DNA from: Eledone cirrhosa
Taxonomy: Eukaryota
Assembly: GCA_964016885.1 (NCBI GenBank)
Contig: OZ024745.1
Coordinates: 39,928,001-39,992,000 of the forward strand
Direction: 5' to 3'
Length of the DNA: 64,000 nucleotides
The position numbers were made by a program, and so were the translations under genes. Positions 37,295-52,200 of the stretch are shown here, one piece after another. Numbering within the stretch: the first letter of the stretch is position 1; each line of letters begins with the position of its first letter. A model generated the notes under the pieces. The model was given only the letters and a program-made list of their open reading frames with translations, searched no databases and was not told the DNA's origin.

Positions 37295-40200
37295 TTATTT
37301 TGGTGGGCACCCAAATAAAACGGGGCACCCAAATAAAAAACGGGGCACCCAAATAAAAAACGGGGCACCCAAATAATAAACCGGGCAACCAAATAAAAAA
37401 ACGGGGCACCCAAATAAAAAACGGGGCACCCAAATAAAAAACGGGGCACGCAAATAAAAAAACGGGGCACCCAAATAAAAAACGGACCCCCACATAAAAA
37501 AAACGGGGCACCCAAATAAAAAACGGGGCACCCAAATTATAAACGGGGCACCCAAATAAAAAACGGGGCACCCAAATAAAAAACGCGGGCACCCAAATAA
37601 AAAACGGGGCACCCAAATAAAAAACGGGGCACCCAAATAAAACAACGGAGCACCCGAATAAAAAACAGACCCACCCATAAAAAAATGGGGCACCCAAATA
37701 AAACACGGGGCACCCAAATATAAAAACGGGGCACCTAAATAAAAAAACGGACGATCCCCATAAAAAACGGGGCACCCAAATAAAAAATGGACACCCCTAT
37801 AAAATAACGGGGCACCCAAATAAAATACGGGGCACCCAAATAAAAAACAGAACCCAAATAAAAAACGAGGCACCCAAATAAAAAACGGATCCCCCATAAA
37901 AAAACGGGGCACCCAAATAAAAAACGGACAAACCCCCCCCCCCATAAAAAAACGGGGCACCTAAATAAAAAACGGGGCACCCAAATAAAAAACGGTGCAC
38001 CCAAATAAAAAAACGGTGCACCTAAATAAAAAACGGACCCCACATAAAAAAACGGAGCAACAAATAAAAAACGGGGCACCCAAATAAAAAACGGGGCACC
38101 CAAATAAAAAAACGGGAAACAAACATAAAAAAACGGGGCACCCAAATAAAAAACGGGGCACCCAAATAAAAGACGGGGCACCCAAATCAAAAACGGTGCA
38201 CCCAAATAAAAAACGGAGCACCCAAATAAAAAAATGGACAGCCAAATAAAAAACGGGGCACCCAAATAAAAAACGGAGCACCCAAATAAAATACGGATCA
38301 CCAAATAAAGAATGGGGCACCCAAATAAAATACGGGGCACCCAAATAAAAAACGGGTGATCACCATAAAAAAACGGGGCACAGAAATAAAAAACGTGGCA
38401 CACAAATAAAAAATGGGGCACTCGAATTAAAAAAGGGGCACCCTAATAAAAAACGGGGCACCCAAATAAAAACACGGGGCACCCAAATAAAAAACGCCCC
38501 CCCCCATAAACAAACGGGGCACGCAAATAAAAAACGGGGCACCCAAATAAAAAACATGGCACCCAAATAAAAAAGGGGCACCCAAATAAAAAATGGGGCA
38601 CCCAAATAAAAAACGTGGGGCACCCAAATAAAAAACGGCGCACCCAAATAAAAAACGGGGTACCCAAATAAAACAACGGGGCACCCGAATAAAAAACGGA
38701 CCCACACATAAATAAATGGGGCACCCAAATAAAACATGGGGCACCCAAATATAAAAACGGGGCACCCAAATAAAAAACGGGGCACCCAAATAAAAAATAC
38801 GGGACAGCCAAATAAAAAACGGACCCTCCCATAAAAATACGGGGCACCCAAATAAAAAACATGGCACCCAAATAAAAAAAGGGGCACCCAAATAAAAAAT
38901 GGGGCACCCAAATAAAAAACGCGGGGCACCCAAATAAAAAACGGCGCACCCAAATAAAAAACGGGGTACCCAAATAAAACAACGGGGCACCCGAATAAAA
39001 AACGGACCCACACATAAATAAATGGGGCACCCAAATAAAACATGGGGCACCCAAATATAAAAACGGGGCACCCAAATAAAAAACGGGGCACCCAAATAAA
39101 AAATACGGGACAGCCAAATAAAAAACGGACCCTCCCATAAAAATACGGGGCACCCAAATAAAAAACAGGGCACCCAAATAAAAAACGGGGCACCCGAAAA
39201 AAACGGGGCACCCAAAAAAAAAAACGGGGCGCCCAGATAAAAAAAACGGGACACCTAAATAAAAAACGGACGATCCACATAAAAAACGGGGCACCCAAAT
39301 AAAAAAAGGACCCCCCATAAAAAACGGGGCACCCAAATAAAAAAAGGACCCCCCATAAAAAAACGGGGCACCCAAATAAAAGACGGGGCACCCAAATAAA
39401 AAAACGGGGCACCCAAATAAAAAAACGGGGCACCCAAATAAAAAAAGGATCCCCCATAAAAAACGGGGCACCCAAATAAAAAAAGGACCCCCCCATAAAA
39501 AAACGGGGCACCCAAATAAAAGACGGGGCACCCAAATAAAAAAACCGAGCACCCAAATAACAAACAGGGCACCCCAAAAAGATACGGGGCACCCAAATAA
39601 AAAACGGATCCCCATGAAAAAACGGGGCACCCAAATAAAAAAAGGACCCCCCCATAAAAAAACGGGGCACCTAAATAAAGACGGGGCACCCAAATAAAAA
39701 ACGGTGCACCCAAATAAAAGACGGGGCACCCAAATAATAAAACGCTGCACCCAAATAAAAAAACGGGAAACAAACATAAAAAAACGGGGCACCCAAATAA
39801 AATACAGGGCACCCAAATAAAAAAATGGACAGTCAAATAAAAAACGGGGCACCCAAATAAAATACGGGGCACCCAAATAAAAAACGGGTGATCACCATAA
39901 AAAAACGGGGCACAGAAATAAAAAACGTGGCACACTAATAAAAAACGGGGCACTCGAATTAAAAAAGGGGCACCCTAATTTAAAAACGGGGCACCCAAAT
40001 AAAAAAACGGGGCAGCCAAATAAATAACGGGGCACTCCAAAAAAAACGGACCACCCAAGTAAAAAACAGTGCACACAAATAAAAAACGGGGCACCCAAAT
40101 AAAAACACGGGGCACCCAAATAAAAAACGCCCCCCCATAAACAAACGGGGCACGCAAATAAAAAAAGGGGCACACAAATAAAAAAAACGGGCACTCAAAT

Positions 40201-43200
40201 AAAAACGGGGTACCCAAATAAAAAACGGGGCACACAAATAAAAAACATGGCACCCAAATAAAAAACGGGGCACCCAAATAAAAAATGGGGCACTCAAATA
40301 AAAAACGCGGGGCACCCAAATAAAAAAAGGACCTCCCCCATAAAAAAACGGGGCACCTAAATAAAAACGGGGCACCCAAATAAAAAACGGTGCACCCAAA
40401 TAAAAGACGGGGCACCCAAATAATAAAACGGTGCACCTAAATAAAAAACGGACCCCACATAAAAAAACGGGGCACCCAAATAAAAAAACGGGAAACAAAC
40501 ATAAAAAAACGGGGCACCCAAATAAAAAACAGGGCACCCAAATCAAAAACGGTGCACCCAAATAAAAAACGGGGCACCCAAATAAAAAAACGGAACGCCA
40601 CCCCCCCCCCATGAAAAACGGGCCACCCAAATAAAAAACCAGGGCACCCAAATAAAAAAAACGGGGCACCCAAATAAGAAACGGACCCCCCCATAAAAAA
40701 ACGGGGCACCCAAATAAAAGACGGGGCACACTAAAGAAAAATACGGCACCCAAGTAAAAAACGTGGCACCCAAATAAAATAAGCGGGGCACCCAACAAAA
40801 AACGGGGCACCCGAATAAAAAACGGAGCCCCCCCCCCATAAAAAAACGGGACACGCAAATAGAAAACGTAACCCTCCCCCATAAAAAAACCGGGAAACCC
40901 AAATAAAAAACGTGGTACCCAAATAAAAAAACCGTGGCACCCAAATAAAAAAACCGTGGCACCCAAATAAAAAAATTGGCACCCACACAAAAACGGGGCA
41001 CCCGAATAAAAAACGGAAACCCCATAAAAAAACGGGTCACACAAATAGAAAACGTAACCCCCCCCCCATAAAAAAAGGTGGCACCCAAATAAAAAACGGC
41101 GCACTCAAATAAAAGAAAGGGCAACCCCCCAAAAAACGGGGCACCCAAATAAATAACGGAGCACCCAAATAAAAAAACGGGGCACCCAAATAAAAAACGG
41201 TCCAGACTATAAAAAAACGGTGCACCCAAATAAAAAATGGACCCCTCCCCATAAAAAAACGGGGCAACAAAATAAAAAATTGGGTACCCAAATAAAAAAC
41301 GGGGCACCCAAATAAAAAAACGGGGCACCCAAATAAAAAAAGGGGCACCCAAATAATATACGGGGCACGCAAATAAAAAACGGACGATCCCCATAAAAAA
41401 ACGGGGCAGAGAAATGAAAAACGGGGCACACAAATAAAAAACGGGTCACCCAAATAAAAAAAGGGGCAAAAAAATAAAAAACGGGGCAACCCAAATAAAA
41501 AAACCGGGCACCCAAATAAAAAACGGGGCACCCCTTCCAAAAAAACGGGTCACCCAAATAAAAAACGGGGCACCCAAATAAAAAACGGTCGATCCCCATA
41601 AAAAAACCTACCACACAATTAAAAAACAGTGCACCCAAATAAAAAACGGCCCTCCCCATAAAAAGACGTGGCAACTAGATAAAAAACGGGGTACCCAAAT
41701 AAAAAACGGGGCACCCAAATAAAAACACGGGGCACCAAAATAAAAAACAGACGCCCCTATAAATAAGCGAGGTACCCAAATAATAAACAGATACCCCAAT
41801 AAAAAAAACGGGGCACCCAAATAAAAAAAACGAGGCACCCAAATAAAATAACGGGGCACCCAAATAAAGAACGGTCACCCACATAAAAAAAACGGGGCAC
41901 CCAAATAAAAAACGGGGCACCACCCAATTTAAAAAAAGGGCACCCAAATAAAAAACGGGGCACCCAAATTAAAAACGGGGCACCCAGACAAAAAACGGGG
42001 CACGCAATTAAAAAACGCCCCCCCCCCTTTAAAAAGACGCAAATAAAGTACAGAGACCCCCATAAAAAAACGGGGCACCCAAATAAAAAACGGGGCACCC
42101 AAATAATAGAACGGTGCACCTAAATAAAAAACGGACCCCACATAAAAAAACGGGGCACCCAAATAAAAAAACGGGAAACAAACATAAAAAAACGGGGCAC
42201 CCAAATAAAAAACAGGGCACCCAAATCAAAAACGGTGCACCCAAATAAAAAACGGGGCACCCAAATAAAAAAACGGAACGCCAACCCCCCCCCCCCCCAT
42301 AAAAAAACGGGGCACCCAAATAAAAGACGGGGCACACTAAAGAAAAATACGGCACCCAAGTAAAAAACGTGGCACCCAAATAAAAATACGGGGCACCCAA
42401 CAAAAAACGGGGCACCCGAATAAAAAACGGAGCCCCCCCCCCCCATAAAAAAACGGGACACGCAAATAGAAAACGTAACCCTCCCCCATAAAATAACGGG
42501 GCGCCCAAATAAAAAACGGGGCACCCAAATAAAGTAACGGGGCACCCAAACAAAAAACGGGGACACAAATAAAAAACGGACCCCCCCATATAAAAACGCG
42601 CACCTAAATAAAATACGGGGCACCCAAATAAAATAACGAGGCACCCGTATAAAAAACGGAACCCGCCATAAAAAAACGGGGCACCCAAATAGAAAAAGTA
42701 ACCACCCCCATAAAAAACGGGGCTCCCAAATAAAAAACGGGGCACCCAAATAAAAAACAGGGCACCCAAAAAAAACCCGGCACCCAAATAAATAACGGAG
42801 CACCCAAATAAAAAACGGGGCACCCAAATAAAAAATGGACCCCCCATAAAAAAACAGGGCACCCAAATAAAAAACGGGGTTCCCAAATAAAAAACGGGGC
42901 ACCCAAATAAAAACACGGGGCACACAAATAAAAATATGACGCCCCCTATAAATAAGCGAGGTACCCAAATAAAAAACAGACACCCCAATAAAAAAAACGG
43001 GGCACCCGAATAAAAAACACGGCACGCATATAAAAACGGGGCACCCAAATAAAAAAACGGGGCACCCAAATAAAAAACGCCCCCCCCCCCCATAAAACAC
43101 GGCGCACCCAAATAAAGAACGGTGCATCCAAATAAAAAAGCGGGGCACCCAAACAAAAAACGAGGCACCCAAATTAAAAACGGACCCCCACATAAAAAAA

Positions 43201-46200
43201 CGCGGCACACAAATAAAAACGGGGCACCCAGATAAAAACCGGGACACCAAATAAAAAACGGACGGTCCCAATAAAAAACGGGGCACCCAAATAAAAAACG
43301 GGGCACCCAAATAAAAAAACGGGGCACCCAAATATAAAAACGGGGCACCCAAATAATAAACAGACACCCCCATAAAAAAACGGAGCACGCAAATAAAAAA
43401 CGCCCCCCCCCCCATAAAATAACGGGGCACCCAAATAAAAAAGGGACCACCACATAAAAAAACGGTCACACAAATAAAAAATGGGCGCCCAAATAAAAAA
43501 CGGGGCACCCAAATAAAAAAACGGGGCACCTGAATAAAAAACAGGGCACCCCAAAAAAACCCGGCACCCAAATAAATAACGGAGCACCCAAATAAAAAAA
43601 CGGGGCACCCAAATAAAAAATGGACCCCCCATAAAAAAACAGGGCACCCAAATAAAATACGGACCCCTCCCCATAAAAAGACGTGGCAACTAAATAAAAA
43701 ACGGGGTACCCAAATAAAAAACGGGGCACCCAAATAAAAACACGGGGCACCAAAATAAAAAACAGACGCCCCTATAAATAAGTGAGGTACCCAAATAAAA
43801 AACAGACACCCCAATAAAAAAAACGATCACACAAATAAAAAACGGGGCGCCCAAATAAAAAACGGGGCACGCAAATAAAATAACGGGGCACCCAAACAAA
43901 AAACGGGGACACAAATAAAAAACGGACCACCCCCATAAAAAAACGCGCACCTAAATAAAATACGGGGCACCCAAATAAAAAAACGAGGCACCCGTATAAA
44001 AAACGGAACCCTCCATAATAAAACGGGGCACCCAAATAGAAAAAGGAACCACCCCCATAAAAAAACAGGGCTCCCAAATAAAAAACGGGGCACCCAAATA
44101 AAAAACGGGGCACCCAAATAAAAACACGGGGCACCAAAATAAAAAGCAGACGCCCCCTATAAATAAGCGAGGTACCCAAATAAAAAACAGACACCCCAAT
44201 AAAAAAAACGGGGCACCCAAATAAAAACCGAGGCACCCAAATAAAATAACGGGGCACCCAAATAAAAACGGTCACCCAAATAAAAATAACGGGGCACCCA
44301 AATAAAAAACAGGGCACCCAATTAAAAAAAAGGGCACCCAAATAAAAAACGCGGCACCCAAATAAAATAACGGTGCACCCAAACAAAAAACGGGGACACT
44401 AATAAAAAACGGCCCCCCCCATAAAAAAACGCGGACCTAAATAAAATACGGGGCACCCAAATAAAAAAACGAGGTACCCGTATAAATAACGGAACCCTCC
44501 ATAAAAAACGGGGCACCCAAATAGAAAAAGTAACCACCCCCATAAAAAAACGGTGCTCGCAAATAAAAAACGGGGCACCCATATAAAAAAACGGGGCACC
44601 TGAATAAAAAACAGGGCACCCAAAAAAAACCCGGCACCCAAATAAATAACGGAGCACCCAAATAAAAAAACGGGGCACCCAAATAAAAAATGGACCCCCC
44701 ATAAAAAAACAGGGCACCCAAATAAAATACAGACCCCTCCCCATAAAAAGACGTGGCAACTAAATAAAAAACGGGGCACCCAAATAAAAAAACGGGGCAC
44801 CCAAATAATAAACGCCCCCCCCCCCCCATAAAACACGGCGCACCCAAATAAAAAACGGTGCACCCAAATAAAAAACGGACCCCCACATAAAAAAAACGGG
44901 GCACACAAATAAAATACGGACCCCTCCCCATAAAAAGACGTGGCAACTAAATAAAAAACGGGGCACCCAAATAGAAAAAGTAACCACCCCCATAAAAAAA
45001 CGGTGCTCCCAAATAAAAAACGGGGCACCCAAATAAAAAAACGGGGCACCTGAATAAAAAACAGGGCACCCCAAAAAAACCCGGCACCCAAATAAATAAC
45101 GGAGCACCCAAATAAAAAAACGGGGCACCCAAATAAAAAATGGACCCCCCATAAAAAAACAGGGCACCCAAATAAAATACGGACCCCTCCCCATAAAAAG
45201 ACGTGGCAACTAAATAAAAAACGGGGTACCCAAATAAAAAACGGGGCACCCAAATAAAAACACGGGGCACCAAAATAAAAAACAGACGCCCCTATAAATA
45301 AGTGAGGTACCCAAATAAAAAACAGACACCCCAATAAAAAAAACGGGGCACCCAAATAAAAAACGAAGCACCCAAATAAAAAACGGGGCACCCAAATAAA
45401 AAACGGGGCACCCAGATAAAAACGGGGCACCCAAATAAAAAACGGACCAACACATAAAAAAAACGATCACACAAATAAAAAACGGGGCGCCCAAATAAAA
45501 AACGGGGCACCCAAATAAAATAACGGGGCACCCAAACAAAAAACGGGGACACAAATAAAAAACGGACCACCCCCATAAAAAAACGCGCACCTAAATAAAA
45601 TACGGGGCACCCAAATAAAAAAACGAGGCACCCGTATAAAAAACGGAACCCTCCATAAAAAAACGGGGCACCCAAATAGAAAAAAAAACCACAACCATAA
45701 AAAAACGGGGCTCCCAAATAAAAAACGGGGCACCCAAATAAAAAACGGGGCACCCAAATAAAAACACGGGGCACCAAAATAAAAAACGGACGCCCCCTAT
45801 AAATAAGCGAGGTACCCAAATAAAAAACAGACACCCCAATAAAAAAACGGGGCACCCAAATAAAAACCGAGGCACCCAAATAAAATAACGGGCCACCCAA
45901 ATAAAAACGGTCACGCACATAAAAATAACGGGGCACCCAAATAAAAAACGGGGCACCCAATTACAAAAAAGGGCACCCAAATAAAAAAGCGGGGCAACCA
46001 AACAAAAAACGGGGCACCCAAATAAAAAACGGACCCCCACATAAAAAAAACGGGGCACACAAATAAAAAACGGACCCCACATACAAAAAACGGGGCACAC
46101 AAATAAAAACGGGGCACCCAATTAAAATGACAGGGCACCCAAATAAAAAACGGTCCCCCCATAAAAAAACGGTCCCCCCATAAAGAAACGGGGCACCCAA

Positions 46201-49200
46201 ATAAAAAAACGGGGCACCCAAATAAAAAAGGCCCCCCACCCCATGAATAAAACGGGGCACCTAAATAAAAAACGGGGCACCCAAATAAAAAAACGGGGCA
46301 GCCAAATAAAAAACGGGGCACCCAGATAAAAACGGGGCACAAAAAATATAAAACGGACGATCCCCATAAAAAAACAGGGCACCCAAATTAAAAAAAAGGG
46401 GCACACAAATAAAAAACGGGGCACACAAATAAAAAACGGGACACCCAAATAAAAAAACGGGGCACCCAAATAAAAAACGGACCACCACATAAAAAAACCG
46501 GCACACAAATAAAAAACGGGGCGCCCAAATAAAAAACGGGGCACCCACATAAAACGGGGCACCCAAATAAAAAACGGACGATCCCCATAAAAAAACGGGG
46601 CACCCAAATAAAAAAAGGGGGCACACAAATAAAAAACGGGACACCCAAATAAAATAACGGGGCACCCAAATAAAGAACGGTCACCCACATAAAAAAAACG
46701 GGGCACCCAAATAAAAAACGGGGCACCCAATTTAAAAAAAGGGCACCCAAATAAAAAACGGGGCACCCAAATTAAAAACGGGGCACCCAGATAAAAACGG
46801 GGCACCCAAATAAAAAACGGACGATCCCCATAAAAAACGGGGCACCCAAATAAAAAACGGGGCACCCAGACAAAAAACGGGGCACGCAATTAAAAAACGC
46901 CCCCCCCTAAAAAAAACGCAAATAAAGTACAGAGACCCCCATAAACAAACGGGGCACCCACATAAAAAACGGGGCACCCAAATAAAAAAAGGTCACCCAC
47001 ATAAAAAAAACGGGGCACCCACATAAAAAAAACGGGGCACCCGAATAAAAGACGGGGCACCCAAATAAAAAAAGGTCACCCACATAAAAAAAACGGGGCA
47101 CCCACATAAAAAAAACGGGGCACCCGAATAAAAGACGGGGCACCCAATTAAAAAAAAGGGCACCCAAATAAAAAACGGCCCCCCCACATAAAAAAACCTG
47201 GAACCCAAATAAAAAACGGGGCACCCAAATAAAAAACGGGGCATACAAATAAAAAACAGACGCCCCCCATAAAAAAGCGAGGTACCCAAATAAAAAACAG
47301 ACACCCCAATAAAAAAACGGGGCACCCAAATAAAAAACGAGGCACCCAAATAAAAAACGAGGCACCCAAATAAAATAACGGGGCACCCAAATAAAAAACG
47401 GACGATTTCCATAAAAAACGGGTCACACAAATAAAAAAACGGAGCACCCTAATAAAAAAACGGTGCACCCTAATAAAATAACGGGGTACACAAATAAAAA
47501 ACGCGGCACACAAATAAAAAAAAACGGGGCACGCAAATAAAAAACAGCCACGCCCCTAAAAAAACGGAGCACGCAAATAAAAAACGCCCCCCCATAAAAT
47601 AACGGGGCGCCCAAATAAAAAACGGGGCACCCAAATAAAATAACGGGGCACCCAAACAAAAAACGGGGACACAAATAAAAAACGGACCCCCCCCCCATAT
47701 AAAAACGCGCACCTAAATAAAATACGGGGCACCCAAATAAAAAAACGAGGCACCCGTATAAAAAACGGAACCCGCCATAAAAAAACGGGGCTCCCAAATA
47801 GAAAAAGTAACCACCCCCATAAAAAACGGGGCTCCCAAATAAAAAACGGGGCACCCAAATAAAAAACAGGGCACCCAAAAAAAACCCGGCACCCAAATAA
47901 ATAACGGAGCACCCAAATAAAAAACGGGGCACCCAAATAAAAAAATGGACCCCCCATAAAAAAACAGGGCACCCAAATAAAAAACGGACCCCTCCCCATA
48001 AAAAAAAGGGGCAACTAAATAAAAAACGGGGTACCCAAATAAAAAACGGGGCACCCAAATAAAAACACGGGGCACACAAATAAAAATATGACGCCCCCTA
48101 TAAATAAGCGAGGTACCCAAATAAAAAACCGACACCCCAATAAAAAAAACGGGGCACCCGAATAAAAAACACGGCACGCATATAAAAACGGGGCACCCAA
48201 ATAAAAAAACGGGGCACCCAAATAAAGAACGGTGCATCCAAATAAAAAAGCGGGGCACCCAAACAAAAAAGGGGGCACCCAAATTAAAAACGGACCCCCA
48301 CATAAAAAAACGGGGCACACAAATAAAAACGGGGCACCCAGATAAAAAACGGGACACCAAATAAAAAACGGACGGTCCCAATAAAAAACGGGGCACCCAA
48401 ATAAAAAACGGGGCACCCAAATAAAAAAACGGGGCACCCAAATAAAAAAACGGGGCACCCAAATAATAAACAGACACCCCCATAAAAAAACGGAGCACGC
48501 AAATAAAAAACGCCCCCCCCATAAAATAACGGGGCACCCAAATAAAAAAGGGACCACCACATAAAAAGAACGGTCACACAAATAAAAAATGGGCGCCCAA
48601 ATAAAAAACGGGACACCCAAAAAAAATAACGGTGCACCCAAACAAAAAACGGGGACACAAATAAAAAACGCCCCCCCCCCCCATAAAAAAACGCGGACCT
48701 AAATAAAATACGGGGCACCCAAATAAAAAAACGAGGTACCCGTATAAATAACGGAACCCTCCATAAAAAAACGGGGCACCCAAATAGAAAAAGTAACCAC
48801 CCCCATAAAAAAACGGTGCTCGCAAATAAAAAACGGGGCACCCATATAAAAAAACGGGGCACCTGAATAAAAAACAGGGCACCCCAAAAAAACCCGGCAC
48901 CCAAATAAATAACGGAGCACCCAAATAAAAAAACGGGGCACCCAAATAAAAAAACGGGACACCCAAATAATAAACGCCCCCCCCCCCCATAAAACACGGC
49001 GCACCCAAATAAAAAACGGTGCACCCAAATAAAAAAGCGGGGCACCCAAACAAAAAACGGGGCACCCAAATTAAAAACGGACCCCCACATAAAAAAAACG
49101 GGGCACACAAATAAAATACGGACCCCTCCCCATAAAAAGACGTGGCAACTAAATAAAAAACGGGGCACCCAAATAGAAAAAGTAACCACCCCCATAAAAA

Positions 49201-52200
49201 AACGGTGCTCCCAAATAAAAAACGGGGCACCCAAATAAAAAAACGGGGCACCTGAATAAAAAACAGGGCACCCCAAAAAAACCCGGCACCCAAATAAATA
49301 ACGGAGCACCCAAATAAAAAAACGGGGCACCCAAATAAAAAATGGACCCCCCATAAAAAAACAGGGCACCCAAATAAAATACGGACCCCTCCCCATAAAA
49401 AGACGTGGCAACTAAATAAAAAACGGGGTACCCAAATAAAAAACGGGGCACCCAAATAAAAACACGGGGCACCAAAATAAAAAACAGACGCCCCTATAAA
49501 TAAGTGAGGTACCCAAATAAAAAACAGACACCCCAATAAAAAAAACGGGGCACCCAAATAAAAAAACGAAGCACCCAAATAAAAAACGGGGCACCCAAAT
49601 AAAAAACGGGGCACCCAGATAAAAACGGGGCACCCAAATAAAAAACGGACCACCACATAAAAAAAACGATCACACAAATAAAAAAGGGGGCGCCCAAATA
49701 AAAAAACGGGGCACCCAAATAAAATAACGGGGCACCCAAACAAAAAACGGGGACACAAATAAAAAACTGACCACCCCCATAAAAAAACGCGCACCTAAAT
49801 AAAATACGGGGCACCCAAATAAAAAAACGAGGCACCCGTATAAAAAACGGAACCCTCCATAAAAAAACGGGGCACCCAAATAGAAAAAGGAACCACCCCC
49901 ATAAAAAAACGGGGCTCCCAAATAAAAAACGGGGCACCCAAATAAAAAACGGGGCACCCAAATAAAAACACGGGGCACCAAAATAAAAAAACAGACGACC
50001 CCTATAAATAAGCGAGGTACCCAAATAAAAAACAGACACCCCAATAAAAAAAACGGGGCACCCAAATAAAGACCGAGGCACCCAAATAAAATAACGGGGC
50101 ACCCAAATAAAAACGGTCACCCACATAAAAATAACGGGGCACCCAAATAAAAAACGGGGCACCCAATTAAAAAAAAGGGCACCCAAATAAAAAAGCGGGG
50201 CAACCAAACAAAAAACGGGGCACCCAAATAAAAAACGGACCCCCACATAAAAAAAACGGGGCACACAAATAAAATAACGGGGCACCCAAACAAAAAACGG
50301 GGACACAAATAAAAAACGGACCACCCCCATAAAAAAACGCGCACCTAAATAAAATACGGGGCACCCAAATAAAAGAACGAGGCACCCGTATAAAAAACGG
50401 AACCCTCCATAAAAAAACGGGGCACCCAAATAGAAAAAGGAACCACCCCCATAAAAAAACGGGGCTCCCAAATAAAAAACGGGGCACCCAAATAAAAAAC
50501 GGGGCACCCAAATAAAAACACGGGGCACCAAAATAAAAAACAGACGCCCCCTATAAATAAGCGAGGTACCCAAATAAAAAACAGACACCCAAATAAAATA
50601 ACGGGGCACCCAAATAAAAAACGGTCACCCACATAAAAATAACGGGGCACCCAAATAAAAAACGGGGCACCCAATTAAAAAATAGGGCACCCAAATAAAA
50701 AAGCGGGGCAACCAAACAAAAAACGGGGCACCCAAATAAAAAACGGACCCCCACATAAAAAAAACGGGGCACACAAATAAAAAACGGACCCCACATACAA
50801 AAAACGGGGCACACAAATAAAAACGGGGCACCCAATTAAAATAACAGGGCACCCAAATAAAAAACGGTCCCCCCATAAAAAAACGGTCCCCCCATAAAGA
50901 AACGGGGCATCCAAATAAAAAAACGGGGCACCCAAATAAAAAACGGCCCCCCACCCCATGAATAAAACGGGGCACCTAAATAAAAAACGGGGCACCCAAA
51001 TAAAAAACGGGGCAGCCAAATAAAAAACCGGGCACCCAGATAAAAACGGGCACAAAAAATAAAAAACGGACGATCCCCATAAAAAAACAGGGCACCCAAA
51101 TTAAAAAAAAGGGGCACACAAATAAAAAACGGGGCACACAAATAAAAAACGGGACACCCAAATAAAAGAACGGGGCACCCAAATAAAAAACGGACCACCA
51201 CATAAAAAAACCGGCACACAAATAAAAAACGGGGCGCCCAAATAAAAAACGGGGCACCCAGATAAAAACGGGGCACCCAAATAAAAAACGGACGATCCCC
51301 ATAAAAAACGGGGCACCCAAATAAAAAAAGGGGGCACACAAATAAAAAACGGGACACCCAAATAAAAAACGGGGCACCCAAATAAATAAACGGGGCACAA
51401 AAATAAAAAACGGGACACCCAAATAAAAAAACGGGGCACCCAAATAAATAAACGGGGCACCCAAATAAAAAACGGGGCACCCAAATAAAAACACGGGGCA
51501 CCAAAATAAAAAACAGACGCCCCCTATAAATAAGCGAGGTACCCAAATAAAAAACAGACACCCAAATAAAATAACGGGGCACCCAAATAAAAAACGGTCA
51601 CCCACATAAAAATAACGGGGCACCCAAATAAAAAACGGGGCACCCAATTAAAAAATAGGGCACCCAAATAAAAAAGCGGGGCAACCAAACAAAAAACGGG
51701 GCACCCAAATAAAAAACGGACCCCCACATAAAAAAAACGGGGCACACAAATAAAAAACGGACCCCACATACAAAAAACGGGGCACACAAATAAAAACGGG
51801 GCACCCAATTAAAATAACAGGGCACCCAAATAAAAAACGGTCCCCCCATAAAAAAACGGTCCCCCCATAAAGAAACGGGGCATCCAAATAAAAAAACGGG
51901 GCACCCAAATAAAAAACGGCCCCCCACCCCATGAATAAAACGGGGCACCTAAATAAAAAACGGGGCACCCAAATAAAAAACGGGGCAGCCAAATAAAAAA
52001 CCGGGCACCCAGATAAAAACGGGCACAAAAAATAAAAAACGAACGATCCCCATAAAAAAACAGGGCACCCAAATTAAAAAAAAGGGGCACACAAATAAAA
52101 AACGGGACACACAAATAAAAAACGGGACACCCAAATAAAAAACGGGGCACCCAGATAAAAACGGGGCACCCAAATAAAAAACGGACGATCCCCATAAAAA

